From: Chromera velia
Taxonomy: Eukaryota
DNA length: 54,795 nucleotides
Direction: 5' to 3'
NCBI GenBank assembly: GCA_018398765.1
Contig: JAHBMJ010000163.1
Coordinates: 1-54,795 of the forward strand
Shown piece by piece: positions 34,906-48,731 of this stretch. The notes beneath the pieces were generated by a model that was given only the letters and a program-made list of their open reading frames with translations, did not search any database and was not told the DNA's origin. The position numbers were made by a program, and so were the translations under genes. Position 1 is the first letter of the stretch, and every line of letters starts with the position of its first letter.

Positions 34906-37900
34906 GTTTGGAAAACACAGATTCCGATCTTCGCAAGGCAAGGAAGAAGGAGGGAGGGGAGTGGAAAGGATGGAAAAATAATCCAGGAGGGAAAAGTAAC
35001 TGGATGGAAGTGAAGTGTGGTTCTACCTCTTCCTCTTTTTCTCTCTTTTTGTTCTTTTTCTGCGCGAGTGCTTGCGCTTTCTCATGAGTACGTGTGTGTG
35101 TGTGTGTATGTATGTATGTACGTACGTTTCTGGCCTGTTGCTTCATCATGTTAGAGAGGGGGCAGAAAGCGAACAGAAGTCAAGCAGCAGAACGTTCAAA
35201 CTGCCTACTCGACGTCTGGATAGGGTCATGAGCGCCTCCCTGTGGCCCTGTGACGAAATGAGAAGAAATCTTTCTCTCTCGATCTTCTCTTTCTTGTTTT
35301 TTTCATCGCTGCCCCCGCCGTCCTAAGTTTCTGTTTTTCGGTTTTCGTGGGTGGGGTGTGGGGCCAAGGAGGGCCGGGGAATGCCGTCGGCTTTGTGATG
35401 GTCTCTCACCCTTTGGTGCGCGTTCCCTCCCGTTCAGCTAGATGAACGAGCACCGGGTCAAACCGGGTGACAACCTTTGAGCAAGGACCTGCATGACCCC
35501 CTTTGGGGACTGGGGCATTGAATTTTCGGACAGAAGAGAAGAGGAGGGAGGGAGAAGGGGGGAGCGAAATCAATAGAAATCTTTCTGAATCTTCTCTTTC
35601 TTGTTCTTTTCGTTTGTTGCCTGGTTCGAAGATTTCGTCTCATGAGGAGGGGAGAGAGGGCGGCCCGCACGTCTTGGTTGGGACGCACGGGTGTCGGGAG
35701 GGCGGGAGAGTTGCCAATGTCTGCCACTCACTCAACAGTCTGGCAGTTCGAAAAAAGCATCCCGGTCAAGCGAGGTAGAGAAAGTGAGAGTCAAACAGGC
35801 GTCGGAAGTGAAAAAACCGTTCCTGCCAAGTGCCGTGCATTGGAAAGAGCCCTGGTTGAGTGCACGACCGAAGACTGCACATGACCACGCCGTCTCCGCA
35901 TTAGTGAGACGCTCCTCTGATTAACCGCACCACAGCGCCAGACTTCTGAGCTCTTGGAGATGGCAGGCGCAAATGCAAAATTTGTGTTGTGTCAGTCCGG
36001 GACTCTCGCCGCAGAAGCAGTCGCTGAAATTTTCAAGCGGCAGTCCCAGGCACAGCACGACGATATCTTGAATAAGTTTCAGGATGAGTTTCTACCCACG
36101 TTGGTCATGCAGAGAGTTGTGTTTGTCGGTTGGGTGAGGGCAGGAGGTAGAGGCTTGAAGTGCCTGCCTGGTTTCCTTCCTGCCTCTGCCTGCTGATCCA
36201 GGTTGTGGTCTTCCTCTGGGGCGGGAGGAGAGAAAGTGGGCTGAAGATGAGGGGAGTGGAGTGGGGGTTGTAGCACTAGTACATTCCGGCAAGGTTAGAG
36301 GGGACTTTTTGACGGTGACTCAATTGGCTGCATGCGTGCGTGCATGCGGGGGCATAGAGGAGAGGAGGGGGGGCAAGGGAGGGAGAGTTAGCAAAGGGCA
36401 AATTGCACGTGTGTGTGTGTGTGTGTGTGCATGTCCATGCACACTGCTTGTCGATGTGTGAGTCTGCTATCTATGTATTGTTTCTTCCTCTGCCTTGTCT
36501 GTCCATCTGCATTTGTGTATCTTCCTTCCTTCCTTCCTTCCTTTCGTTCTCCTTTTGCGACTCACTCCGTCCCCTCCCATCGAGACCTTCCATGCTTGCA
36601 TGCATGCATCGATCGGCTCTCTTTTCTTTCCGTCCGTGTGCATGCGTGAGCCTCTCGACTTGCTCTCTCGAGCGCAAAGTGAAAGAAAAGAAAAAGTCGA
36701 TCAGGGAGTGAGTAGATCGAGGATTCTAATAGAGGAGAAAGAAAGGATCCTAATCTTTCCCTCCCTCCCTCCCTCCCAATTTTTGTCTATAAATTCCTCT
36801 TCGTACCCCTTAGGGGGATCCCATTCTTCATCAAGGTAAGCAGTCTGCTCCTAATTCCTTCCTTCATTCATTCATTCATTCATTCATTCATTTGTGTTGT
36901 TGCAGTTCAAGAAGGATCGACTCGTGAGGGACAGACAGCTTTGGTACATTCTCGTCTCGATGCTGTTTCTTTCATGCAGTTTCCTTCTCCTCTCTCTGTC
37001 TTCGTACGTTCACTCTCTCTCTCTCTGACTTTGTTCGTGAGAACGTTCCCGTACTTTTATTTGCTTGCTCGAGTCCGACGGTGAGCTCTTCTTTTTTAAG
37101 AAGCGTTCACTTCGTCTTGTTGCGTGGTTTTTCACTTGAATTTTTCTTTCTTTTTTCTTCTCGTGGTCGAGAAAGAAACCGCTTTTTGGAACGCATTGCC
37201 ATGCAGTCATTTTTTGGTTCGATTAGCGTGAAAACGAATGACGAAGGAGAGCGTGAAAATGAATGACGAAAGAAAAAGAGAGTTCATACATCAATCGATC
37301 AGTCATAAGTAAAGGGTGATCAACTACAAAGACCTGATTGGTGTACATGACTTTGCGAAAGACAAACAAAAAGGGCTGTTGCGGTTGAGCCCTAACTTCT
37401 GTGTGTTTTCTCTTCATCACAAAGCAAATAAACTGCGCGTATGCAGAGCGAAGAACACTGGCAGCTGCGAAAGCGACAGCGTGCGTGCGAATGCACAATC
37501 AGGGTATCATTTTTTGAACGTAGGACATGTGAACGAACAGGTTGAAACTCTGCATCTTTTCGTTTTTGTTGTGTGTGCACGCAGAATCAATTTAAAGAAA
37601 AAGCCAATGAAGAGAAAAGTTGAGGGAAGAAAAGAAAGAAAGAAAGAAAGAAAGGAAGGAAGGAAGGAAGAGAGAGAGAGAGAGAGAGAAAGAGAAAGAA
37701 AGTGCCGATATGACTCACGGGTCCCAGGACTAGTCCCAGGAGAGGGTGCAAGAACGGACGAGGTCCTGTTTTGAGCCAGGGGGCTTCTGGAGAGAGTTCT
37801 GAGCCTCTGACGCACACTTTCTCTCTAACAGCCTCGATCGAACAGAGACAAAGGACATCTCTGCCAATCAACGAAGACCATTCAGAAAGAACCACTCGAC

Positions 37901-38830
37901 ACCGCTCCTTCTTTCTGTACACAATGCCGCAGTCCAAAATCTGCTGAATTAGAAAGAGATAGTTCAGCAAGACGTTCAAAATCGACAGCCTGGGAAGAAA
38001 AGTTCTAAAAAAAGTTCTTCACTCATGCAAACAATGATAATTGTTTACTTGTTTTTCTTTTTTTTTGGTAACGTGTTTGCATTATAATAAATTGCATAAA
38101 ACTTTGCAAATAAGAAAAAAATATATATCTAAGCTGTGCGGCAAATTTAGGAGAGTTGGTTCAGTTTTTAACATGTATAACCTGATTTCACTACTGTGAA
38201 TACAATAGTTTCAAAAATTACTACTGTCGTAGTAGTAAAACAATACTATGCATATTAGAGTTATAATAGTCTACAAAGAATGTTGTTATAAAAATTAAAT
38301 TGTTTTGTGCATGGCTGCTAAACGCTGGACGCGGCTTACGACGCCTAAAAAAAAATAGGCCGATGACGATGGAGTATGATGATAATAATAAATGCAACAA
38401 TTAGAAAAACTTAATTTTACGAAGAAGAAAAAAAAAAGAATGCTAGGTTAGAATTTAATTAAGGCCTCCTACATATATTGCCTTGGATTTGATTCAAATT
38501 GATTGATTGATTTAATATTTTCGTATCAACTATATACAACTGTACTAGCACCTCTAGCATCTATGACATCAAACTAGACATGAAAAAGAAAAACAATTGA
38601 CAATAGTTGTTGTATCACCTTAATATTAAACAGTAATTCACTCTTGTGCACTGAAGTTGTGCATGATCAGAGTCATTCAAATTCTCAATGACTATATTAA
38701 TTGCTCAATGCGATGGCTTAGCTCTAATACACTCTAGAATGCATGCACTGGCAGTCACTAAATCCTAGATTGAATCAATAATCAGTACCATGACACGCCG
38801 CATTATGAATTCACGCTCGTCTACGCTCAA

Positions 38831-41141
38831 TCAGGTACCCTCTCTCAGCCTTGCTTCTTCTGCCGCTGTAAGAATTTCTGTTGCTTCCTTATTCCCGTTC
38901 ATCTTTGCCCATTCGAGTGCTGTCAGACAGGACCGGCTATCGACTGCCCTTACATCCGCCCCCGACTTCAACAGCACCCTCACGGTCGCAGCACTTGCCG
39001 CCTTGTTTTTGTTCTGCAGTCCCAAAATCAACGCGGGCATCCCTATTGAGTTACACACATTGGGGTTTGCTCCGTTCTCGCACAGCGTCTGTACTACTGA
39101 GGCTGTCTGGCCGTCTGCCTTTTCTAAAGCGACAACCAACAGAGACTCCCCCGCCGCGTTTTTTGTATTCACATCCGCGCCCCCCTCCACCAACGTCTTT
39201 ACAATCACAGCACTGTGCGCACACGGATCCTCTAGAGCCAGCATCAACGCATTCTGCTTCATCTTATTCAACGCACACACATCGGCCCCCGCCTGTACAA
39301 GCACCTCCACCACCTCCGACCTGTCATGCAGGGACGCCTCCAACAATGCCGTCCTCCCTTCCCAGTTGTCCCGGGCGTTCACCTCACCCCCCCCCTCCAA
39401 AAGGGTTCTCACGACATCCGGGTTTCCCCTCTTGGCAGCAACAACCAATGCAGTCCCAGCCCTGGACCGGGCATTCACATCCACCCCCCCATCTAGGAGT
39501 GCTCGGACAATCTCACAGTTCTCTGACAAGGACGCTGCCATCAACACAGACTTCCCATTCCCGTCTCGCACATTCACATCCGCCCCAGATCCCAACAAAC
39601 TTCTCACCACTTCCACACGCCCATTCACAGCTGCCGCCATTAACGGTGTACTCCCCTGCCGATCAATTGCGTCCACCTCCCCACCCAATTGTACCAGACT
39701 CTGTACAGCCTCCAGACGTCCGTCTCGTGCAGCCAGACTCAACGCCGTGCGGCCGTACCCGTCTCTGGCACAAAGGTCCGCCCCTCCGCCTACTAGGATC
39801 TCCACACTCTCCGCTAGGCCCTCAAGGGCAGCAACCATCAGGGAGGTTTCCCCCTCCTTATTCTCAGCCCCCACCTGCGTGCATGCGCATGCGCAAATAT
39901 GAATGTATGTCTGTCTGTATGTATGTATACTATACCTGCAGGTATTGAAATGTATGCATGCGTGGACAAGTAGACCATCAAGGAAGTCAGTCTGCCTTTT
40001 CTCATTCTAAGCACTCATCTGCATAAACGTAGATGTGTGCATGGGTCTGTGTGTGTTTGGTTAGCTGCATGGGTGTGGCTGTGTATCTGCATATTCATGA
40101 ATATGTATGCGGAGATTCGGTGTAGGTACTCTCTCTCTCTACGTGCAACTTTATCCTTCGTGCCACCGACCTGCGCGCATGCACATGCACAAATACGTAT
40201 GTGTGTACGTGTCTTTCTTTATCCTTCGTGCCACCGACCTGCGCGCCCAGTGCCACCAGAGTGCGCACGGTCTCTGTCTGGCGACTTCTGATAGCTGCGA
40301 ACAGCGCCGTCTCCCCGCACGAGTCCTCCAACGACAGGGAAGCCCCACAACCCACGAGGACCCGAAGAGCCTCCGCGTCCCCTCCCCTGACGGCCCTGTG
40401 AATCGCCCCCTCCTGGTATGGCCTGTTGTGCCATCCCGTCCATCCTTTGGGCCTCGCCTGCTTGGGAACTGGAACCAGAGAGTTCACATCTGCACCGAGG
40501 CGGAGAAGGAAGACCAGAAGCTCCAGGCTCTCCTCAGGAGAAGACAGGGACGTCCTTTCCTTCGCCTTCCCCTTTTCGTTCCCTTGATGGTCCTTCTGTC
40601 TGTTTCTGTTTCTGTCGGACAGAATCTTCCATACCGCCTCTGCAGGCATTTCAAATGTGCAATTCATTTGCTGATTTCTTCACTCACTTATGAAGTCAGA
40701 AGTGGTCTTTCTATTTTCGTCCTTGCCTGTCTGACACACTCTTCAACAGATCCTCAGCAGGCAAAGGACGGGCAGCGCACATGATCAACGAAAAAACCCA
40801 ACAGCGGACAAATACCCCACATATATGGTCTATGCAGGTATTAATAGACCACAAGAGGCGCATGCAACAGAAAAAAGAGAATATTTCGGCAGACTGGCGC
40901 TGCACAATGCAGCAGCCGCATTCCCTAAATACGCACAGCCAAAAGAACTAGAAGTACGAAACTCAAAACAGCAAAACAGACAGACATGTATACAGACAGA
41001 CAGACAGACAGACAAGTACACAGACAGACCTGCAGACACAGGACGGTATCTCCTCACAGTCCTCAGAATGACCGGAGTCAGTTGGAAGGCTTCAGAAGGA
41101 GAGGAGGAGGACGAGGACGCAGAGGAGGACTTTGCGCCCAT
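38831..41141 (-). CDS. Ankyrin-repeat protein (~518 aa, ~12 repeats) with N-terminal MGAKSSS
   Basis: Exons 41141-41030, 40639-40239 and 39874-38831 join in frame. Canonical repeats include GETSLMVAA..GADLCARDGYGRTALSLAA..GSTPLMAAAVNG..GADVNVRD. Confidence 0.92.
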
Positions 41142-41879
41142 TTCCTTTTAATTTAATGTCCCTTCTGCTCCTAGCTGTCCAACACGCTTCCTCTCACGCT
41201 GCCGGACTGCGGAGGATGGACTCGGAAGAGTGACGCCTCCTTCCTTCCTTCCTTCCTTCCTTCCTTCCTTTCTTTCCCTTTCGCTCTTGGGCTACCTTTG
41301 TACAGATTGGGGGAAGGCGGCAGTGTGCATCCGTCAGACGGGCTTCTTCTTCTGTTGAATCGCTGCTTGTGATACAAAGGTCAACTTGGAAGGACAGGTC
41401 GACCGGAAAGTCTCGCCTAAATGAGCCTTTGCGTGATTGTGAAGGAACGGAATGCCTTTTCAGTCGCGCTCGTGGCTCAACCAGGAAGGCATCCACCTAC
41501 TCAGATATATACACGCTTAGACGGTCAGATCGTCAAGTACACAGATATGCGCAGTACTCGAATTCGCGGGTGCCTGTCTGTGTATATGTGTGTACAGATG
41601 TGATCTGAATGTATATAAGTCCTTGTCTGACACGATCTGACACGTGAATTAAAGTTCCATTCGTGTCCATGCAGCGGCTTGCGGCTTGGAAATTAGACGC
41701 AAATTGACGATCGCTGCTCCAATCTGCTCCATGCACGCACGGAAATGGATCTGATATATACAGGCATGAGCAACTCTGCGTGTATGTATCGGTCAAAAAT
41801 CGGATAACATTTTGAGAGAAAAAAAATTAAAAAATGGTATGCTGGGACGTGCTATGCATCCCCGAACCGTCAGAAAAAT

Positions 41880-42000
41880 GATCGAGAGTCAAATTAATTG
41901 AGACGATCGACGGATGCATGCATGGACATGCACAAACTGCACTTATATATAAGTGTATACGCATGCATGCTCACATCCTTCGTATATACAACGACGTACG
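41880..42000. promoter_or_regulatory. TGCATGCA-rich region in the divergent intergenic between the ankyrin gene and the FMN reductase
   Basis: ATGCATGCATG (~41914) and GCATGCATGC (~41961) lie between head-to-head starts. TGCATGCA is a well-known apicomplexan upstream motif. Confidence 0.35.
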
Positions 42001-42308
42001 TACATCATTGCAATTGTGTATATACACTTGCTCACGTCCATCTTCCTGTGATTGCAAGAACAGAAGTGGAAAGTGCAGCTTCTCTACAGGGATTTCGTGG
42101 CTCTTCTGTCGGTCATCACATTTACAAAACAAAACCAGCGTGTCAGACTGACGTTCACTGACCTGCCCAAGATATCACACATCGACATACGAGCACAGTC
42201 CGCAAGTTCCACGAGAGACTTTTCTACGGACACAGGCTAGTAATCTGGTCGACGGACAGCCATAGATATAGAACATCGACTGACTGACTGACCGACTATT
42301 AAAAGGAA

Positions 42309-43481
42309 ATGGCATCTCTTCGTACGGTCGTGTTCTTCGGGTCTGCCCGGAATGTGATCCCTCCCTGGGGGGGGGACAAGAGACTGGGCGACAGGGTGCT
42401 GAAGCACGTGGTGGGGGTGCTGAAGGGACGCACGGCTGTGAAGCACGAGGTGACTGTGTTCGATCCTGCAGAGGTCTTCGGGGAGGGGGGGGCCCTGGCT
42501 TCCTCTGGGGGGGAACTCCAGACCCCCCACTTCTTTCTGGGTGGAAAGGCGCCTGAAGCGATGAATGACATGGCGAACACGATCAAATCTGCCGATTGTT
42601 TCCTGGTGGTCAGCCCTGAGTACAACCACACGGTACCCCCTGCCCTCGCGTCCCTGATGGGTCACTTCGGAGGATCAAACTACGCCAATAAGATCTCGGC
42701 TATCGTGACCTACTCACCTGGACCTTATGGGGGGTCTAGGGCGGCTGTGGCACTCCGCCCGTTTTTGTCGGAGCTGGGCTGCCTTCCCGTCTCGAAACTG
42801 TGCTGCCTCTCTTCCCCTGCAGGCAAGTTAAGTTTGTTTCTTCAGACTGCATGGGGCTTGTGTTCTTTCTCCTTCCCGCTTCTTTTTCCTTCTTTACCTC
42901 TTCCATCTTCCTCTTTCTCTTCGTAGACTTATTTTCCCTCCCTTATTCTCCTTTCCTCTTTCCTTTTTTCCCACGTCCTTTATTTTTCTTTCTTCTTGCT
43001 CTTCTCTGTCTTTGTGTGTTTTCTTCTTGCATATCTTTTATCTGTTTTCTTCCAGCGTATGCGAAAGAGAGTCTCTGAGATCACCAAGGACAATGAAGAG
43101 GGGGGCGTGTGTTGGCAGCTCGGTCGTCCGGTCCCTCTCTTCCTTTCACCAAGTTTGTGAGCAGAAGAGTTATCACGGTCACCTCGAATCCACACGTGCA
43201 GAGTTACATATCAATAAACACACATGCTCCATTTGCACACATCCCTCCAATCATGCAGACTACCTGCAGAGTCCTGTATCTGTATGTATCTATATCAAAA
43301 AAAAAAATGCACACATGCCTCCAATGATGCAGAGTACCTGACGACCGAGGGCGAGCCTGTTGACCCCGAAAAGCCCCACAGAATGCTCGGGCAGGTTCCC
43401 GCGTTGTTCAACCAGATGGAGTGGGCAGCCTTGGCCTTCAAGAAACACCTGGAGGAGTGCGGACCCCCTGCGGCGAAGTGA
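42309..43481 (+). CDS. NADPH-dependent FMN reductase (flavodoxin-like), ~220 aa, 2 exons
   Basis: Motifs FFGSAR, SADCFLVVSPEYNHTVPPAL and YSPGPYGGSRA. Exons 42309-42822 and 43333-43481 join in frame through an AG|GCAAGT...CAG intron. Confidence 0.9.
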
Positions 43482-44602
43482 AGCAGAAAGCTTCGGGGAG
43501 ACAGAAAGGGGGGAAATGAGACAAGGGAACAGAAAAGGACGGAATATGAAGGGGAAGACAGTAACGATAGATTCATTCGATCGAATTACACCGGATCTCT
43601 CTTCCAAGCAGACAGACTTACTGGAACTGGAAGCAACTGATCGATACTGATTGGTCAATCGATAGGTCGATCGACTGATTCTTTTGATTTCTCTCGGCGA
43701 CTCAATCCTGTCTCGATTGGACTTCGGACCTCTCTCTCTCTCTCTCTTTCTCTCCATGCAAGTCTCTTTCCCTCTCCGTGCCTGTGTAAACGAGTGATCA
43801 AGTCAAACTGTGACTCAAACGCTCATAGAATTAACTTGTGACTTAGCTACAAAAATTGGGAACAATTTAAATTCAATTATATGCCATAAAGCGACTCGGA
43901 AATTATAAAATTAAAAGCGTGCAACTTTTTGAAGACTCTAGCGAAGATCTTAGCTTCTACAAATAATTGAATAAATTGATTGCTCTAGTGACTGCTATAA
44001 TTTTCAGCTCGTTTCAAGATTTATATAAACACAGCTTATGATTTGGTGCTTCATACACACTAAAATACAGGGCTATGCACACTTTAAAGAAACAACTTTG
44101 AAGTTTGACTTATTATATTTCTAGCTAGGTCGCTGCTAGCTTTTCAGTTAAAATTTAATTCATTAAAAAAAAAAACTTAGTCAGAAAAAAATATAAAAAT
44201 TTAAAAATGTGTCACAAGTAAAGTGACAGAGCTGAATTGAATTCAGTTAGAATCGGTGAGCCAATTAACTTATTCATTAGGCTCTGGTCAACCAGGGTAG
44301 CCAATTTTTTAGGTGCCAGGCCATCCCATGGCATGCAATTTTTATTGATCATCATCATCATCATCATACGCCATCGCCATCGGCCTCACAATGATTTTTG
44401 ATTTATTAATAAAAAAAAATTAGTAAAAATCTTGTACACGCGGTCACTTCGATTCGAAAAAAACTGGCCATAATCATGTTCGATTGAATGTTTTATTCAG
44501 TTTTTCTCCCCTAGTTTTCTCCCATTGATCTCTTTCAAAGAAAACCATGCCGTTAGAAATTGGATGTTCTTTTCATTCTTTTTCTTCCCTCCACAGAATC
44601 TT

Positions 44603-45536
44603 TCAGCTTTGTGCCGAGGTTGCGGAAGCTTCTCCACAGAGAGAGGCGCTCGCTTCTCCCTCCGCCCCGTTTGCGCTGGCCGCTGCCGCCTGCTGCTGCT
44701 GTTGGGGTTTTCGGAAGCGGCTGAAGATGGAGATGAGGTGGTCGCAGTCGCCGAGAGAGGCCGCGAGCTCCTCGGCAGTCTTTCCGTCCTCCTGTAGGCA
44801 GCCAGGCAGGCAGACGTTTGCACCTCCCATGCATTTGTGTGCAGAGAAGAAAAAGCCAGAGAGCAGACAGGCAAGTGTGAGTCTCTCCATCAAACAACAA
44901 ACCAAAGAAATGGATGAATGAATTTAAACGACTGAATGGATGGATGGTTGGATCAACAAATGAATGGACCAAAGAAAGAAAGAATGATCTAGCCAGCAGC
45001 CTGAACCAACCAACAGTTGTTTGCAGAAAGAGAAAAGAAGGAAACAAGACAAAGGAAGCGAGATGACGACTGAAACTCATTCTCCGTCGATGTGACCGAA
45101 CGCACACTCAACGCCCTCTTTTCACGACTGCCACGTAAAAACGCGCCCCGCCCCCCCCCCCCCCCCNNNNNCTGTCGCTTCGCTTTCGTGTCTGCCCCTG
45201 CCGCAAGGAGAGCCTCGACTACCGACGCGTCCCTCTTCTCCACAGCCGCAAAGAGGGGGGTGCAGCCCGCCTGCAGCCAGGAAGAGCCATCCCATCAGTC
45301 AGTCAGTCAGTCAGTCAGTCAGACAGCCATTGACACAGCAAGCTTTGAAAGAAAACTCTGTCTTCTTTCTTTCTTTCTTTCTTTCTTTTTTTTCTTTCTT
45401 TCTTTCTTTTTTTTCTTTCTTTCTTTCTTTTTTTTCTTTCTTTTTTTTCTTTCTTTTTTTCTTTCTTTTTTTTCTTTCTTTCTTTCGTTCTTTCTTTCTT
45501 TTTTTCTTTTTTTCTTTCTTTCTTTCTTTCTCTCTT

Positions 45537-45591
<55 letters not shown>

Positions 45592-45648
45592 CTCTCTTTT
45601 TTTTTTTATTTCTCTCTCTCTCTCTCTCTCTCTTTTTCTTTCTTTCTT

Positions 45649-45686
<38 letters not shown>

Positions 45687-48640
45687 TGTGTGTGTCTATC
45701 TGTCTGAGCACGCTGAGGCAAAAAACAAAGAGGATTCTCAATTGAATTCCTCTCTCACGTTCCCCCTCCCTTTTCCTTTTTATCCACACGGCCGAACCCC
45801 CCAATCGTTTTCATTCATACAAACGGGAGGATGGTTCTTCCAACCTTTCCCCTCACACCTTCACCCCCTTCCTTCCTTTCCCGTCACAAATCTACCTCCA
45901 TCTATCCCACTGTTTCCTCTAGCTCAACAAACAGGGAGGCCCCACAACACAACAGAGGACGGACACAGTATTCAAATAAACACAAAAGACATACGCCGAA
46001 CCCGCAAAGGAACAAAGGTGAAAAAAAAAGAAAAAACCGCTCACTTTATCTCGCAGGTTCAGGTCCACATTTTTGCATCGGGTGAGGGCCTCGACGGCCT
46101 CCCTGTGGCCCTGTGCACACGCGAGATGGAGGGCTCCCTTTTGTCCAAGTTTCTGCATGCATGCATGCGCCCATTCTTTCAATTACTCACTTACTCACTC
46201 AAATAAACACACATATACACATACAGACATACAGAAGAGCAAAGAAGAGCGCCTCTTTCACTTCGGTCGAGTTCCTGAATTCCAAAGTTGCTCTCTCACA
46301 GGTACGTATATCCATGGATCGATGCATAAATAAATTCCAATGCAGGCCTGTTCAGTCAGACAAAAACAAGACAGACTCCACCCGACCCCCTGCCCACTCC
46401 TCTCCACAAAGAAAGACATAGAGCAGCCAGGTGTGTTGATTCAAAACCATCTCCCTCCCACTACCTGCCTGCCTCTTTGACTGCCTCCCTGACTGACACT
46501 GACCGGTTGTGTCCGGATATTCACTGCTGCCCCTTTTTCGAGGAGGGCATCGAAGACCTCCATCTTCTCCTTCACGATCGCGACCATCAGGGGAGTCAGG
46601 TCGTTCTGCACACACACGCACTCACACACAGACTCATTCACATCACTCATACACATACATACGCACGCACAGAGGTCGTTCTGAACACATCCACACACAC
46701 GCACACGCACACGCACACGCACACGCATGAGTCCGTCAGGAAGCGGAACAGAGAACGAACAATCGAGGGGGAGGATAGAAAAAGAAAGAGACAGAAGGAA
46801 CGACGGAAGACTTGATGGAGAGACCAAGACTCAAAGGGAGAAACAGAAAGAGAAAAGGGAATAGATCCCTTCCGTCCGCCTTACGATCGATGCATCAACT
46901 GCCGAGGTCACCCCCCCCCTAGCTGACTGACCTTTCCCTTCGCGTTAATGTCAGCCCCCGCACCGATCAGGAAGAGCACCGTCTCCACAGATCCAGACTC
47001 CACCGCCAAGTGAATCGCCATGTCTCTGTTCTGCACTCACGGAGGGAGGCAGGCACTCAGGTTGCAGGCACTCGCTTGATCGGAGACATCTAGACGGGCG
47101 CGCGCGCGCGCACACACACACACAGACCAACCAACGTACCTGAGCGAATGCGTTCATGTCTGCCCTCCCAGGTCTCCAGAGCGCCTCCACCGTCTCTCTG
47201 GACCCCTTCTGAGCAGCCAGGTGAAGGGGCGTGAGGTTCTCCTGAAGGCATCATCACATATATCACTCAGGCAGGCAGGGAGGGAGGCAGGGAGGGAGGG
47301 AGGGAGGGAGAGTGCAGATTGGGGTAGGGCAACATTAAGACACAGGCGCCGACAGACAATTCAGGGGGGACGGAAGGACGCCAAAAAAGCAAAGGGCTCC
47401 TCCGTCTCTCTCTTATTCTTTCCCTGCATCGTCTAATCGCTCATGCATTGACGCACTGACGCACGCCCTGACGTACGGACCTTGTCCTTCGCGTCCGTCC
47501 GTGCTCCCGCTTGGAGGAGAGCCAAAACGACCTTGCTGTGCCCATTGCTGGCAGACTCGTGCAGCGCCGTGCGTCCAGCCTGCGGGGGAAGACGTTCGGT
47601 ATGTGAGTACGGTGTCAGTGTATGTATTGAGGGGGGTGCACGCATGCAAGCGAGTGGAGGCATGAGTTTGCATCGGAGAGCCTGTGTGCACTCGTGTGCT
47701 CATGCATGAAGAGCCTGTTCCTGTGCAGTAAGCCTAGGGCGGTCGGCAGGGCGGGTCGGAGAAGCGAAGGGGGGAACTGAAGTATTGTCTCTTTCGTCCT
47801 TCCTTCGTTCCTTTCTTTCTTCCTTCCGTCAAGAAAATGAACACACATACAAATGGGTGCTTCATGTCGATCAAATGCTTTTGCCTTCACAAATACGGGC
47901 CTGCCTGTTAGACAGACGGGCAAACAGAGAGAGGGGCACACTGACTAGCTGACACGCACTTTTACTGACTCTGTCAGACTCACTGCCTGCCTGCCTGCCT
48001 GCCTGCCTGACTGACGTCAGTTCTGGCGTTGATATTTGCTCCCTTTGAGATGAGAAGAGTGACGACATCCAGGTGTCCGTTGCGGGCAGATAGAATCAAA
48101 GGGGTACCTTTCTGCAATCAATCATGCAGGCAGGCAGTCATCATGCAAACACACAGCAATGATGCAGCCATGCATATCAACATGAATGCATACGTTTAAA
48201 CATCCATGCATCCATTCACGGTTACTCGATGCATGCACACATCCATCCTTGCACCCTTATTCATACTTACTCCATCCATGCACACATCCATCCTTGCACC
48301 CTTATTCATACTTACTCCAACCATGCACAGATCCATCCTTGCACCCTTATTCATACTTACTCCATCCATGCACACATCCATCCTTGCACCCTTATTCATA
48401 CTTACTCCATCCATGCACAGATCCATCCTTGCACCCTTATTCATACTTACTCCATCCATGCACAGATCCATCCTTGCACCCTTATTCATACTTACTCCAT
48501 CCATGCACAGATCCATCCATCCATGCATACATGCACACAGACATACACCCATTTATGAACCAACGTTCACGCATAAGTGTACGCATCTTTTGGTGCTCAG
48601 CAAAACGATGAGTCTCTAAGACGTCCCATGACCATGCGCG

Positions 48641-48731
<91 letters not shown>

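Noticed and set aside
38790..39948. Two long + strand ORFs (370 and 355 aa)
   Set aside because: Antisense shadows of the ankyrin exon, with no recognisable motifs.
45148..45171. Apparent missing donor, or poly-Gly read-through, after ankyrin exon 45270-45172
   Set aside because: Five Ns beside a poly-C run mask the expected GT. This is an assembly gap, not biology.
48186..48619. His/Cys-rich 15-aa repeat ORFs on both strands
   Set aside because: Intronic 45-bp minisatellite. The flanking ankyrin exons join in frame without it.
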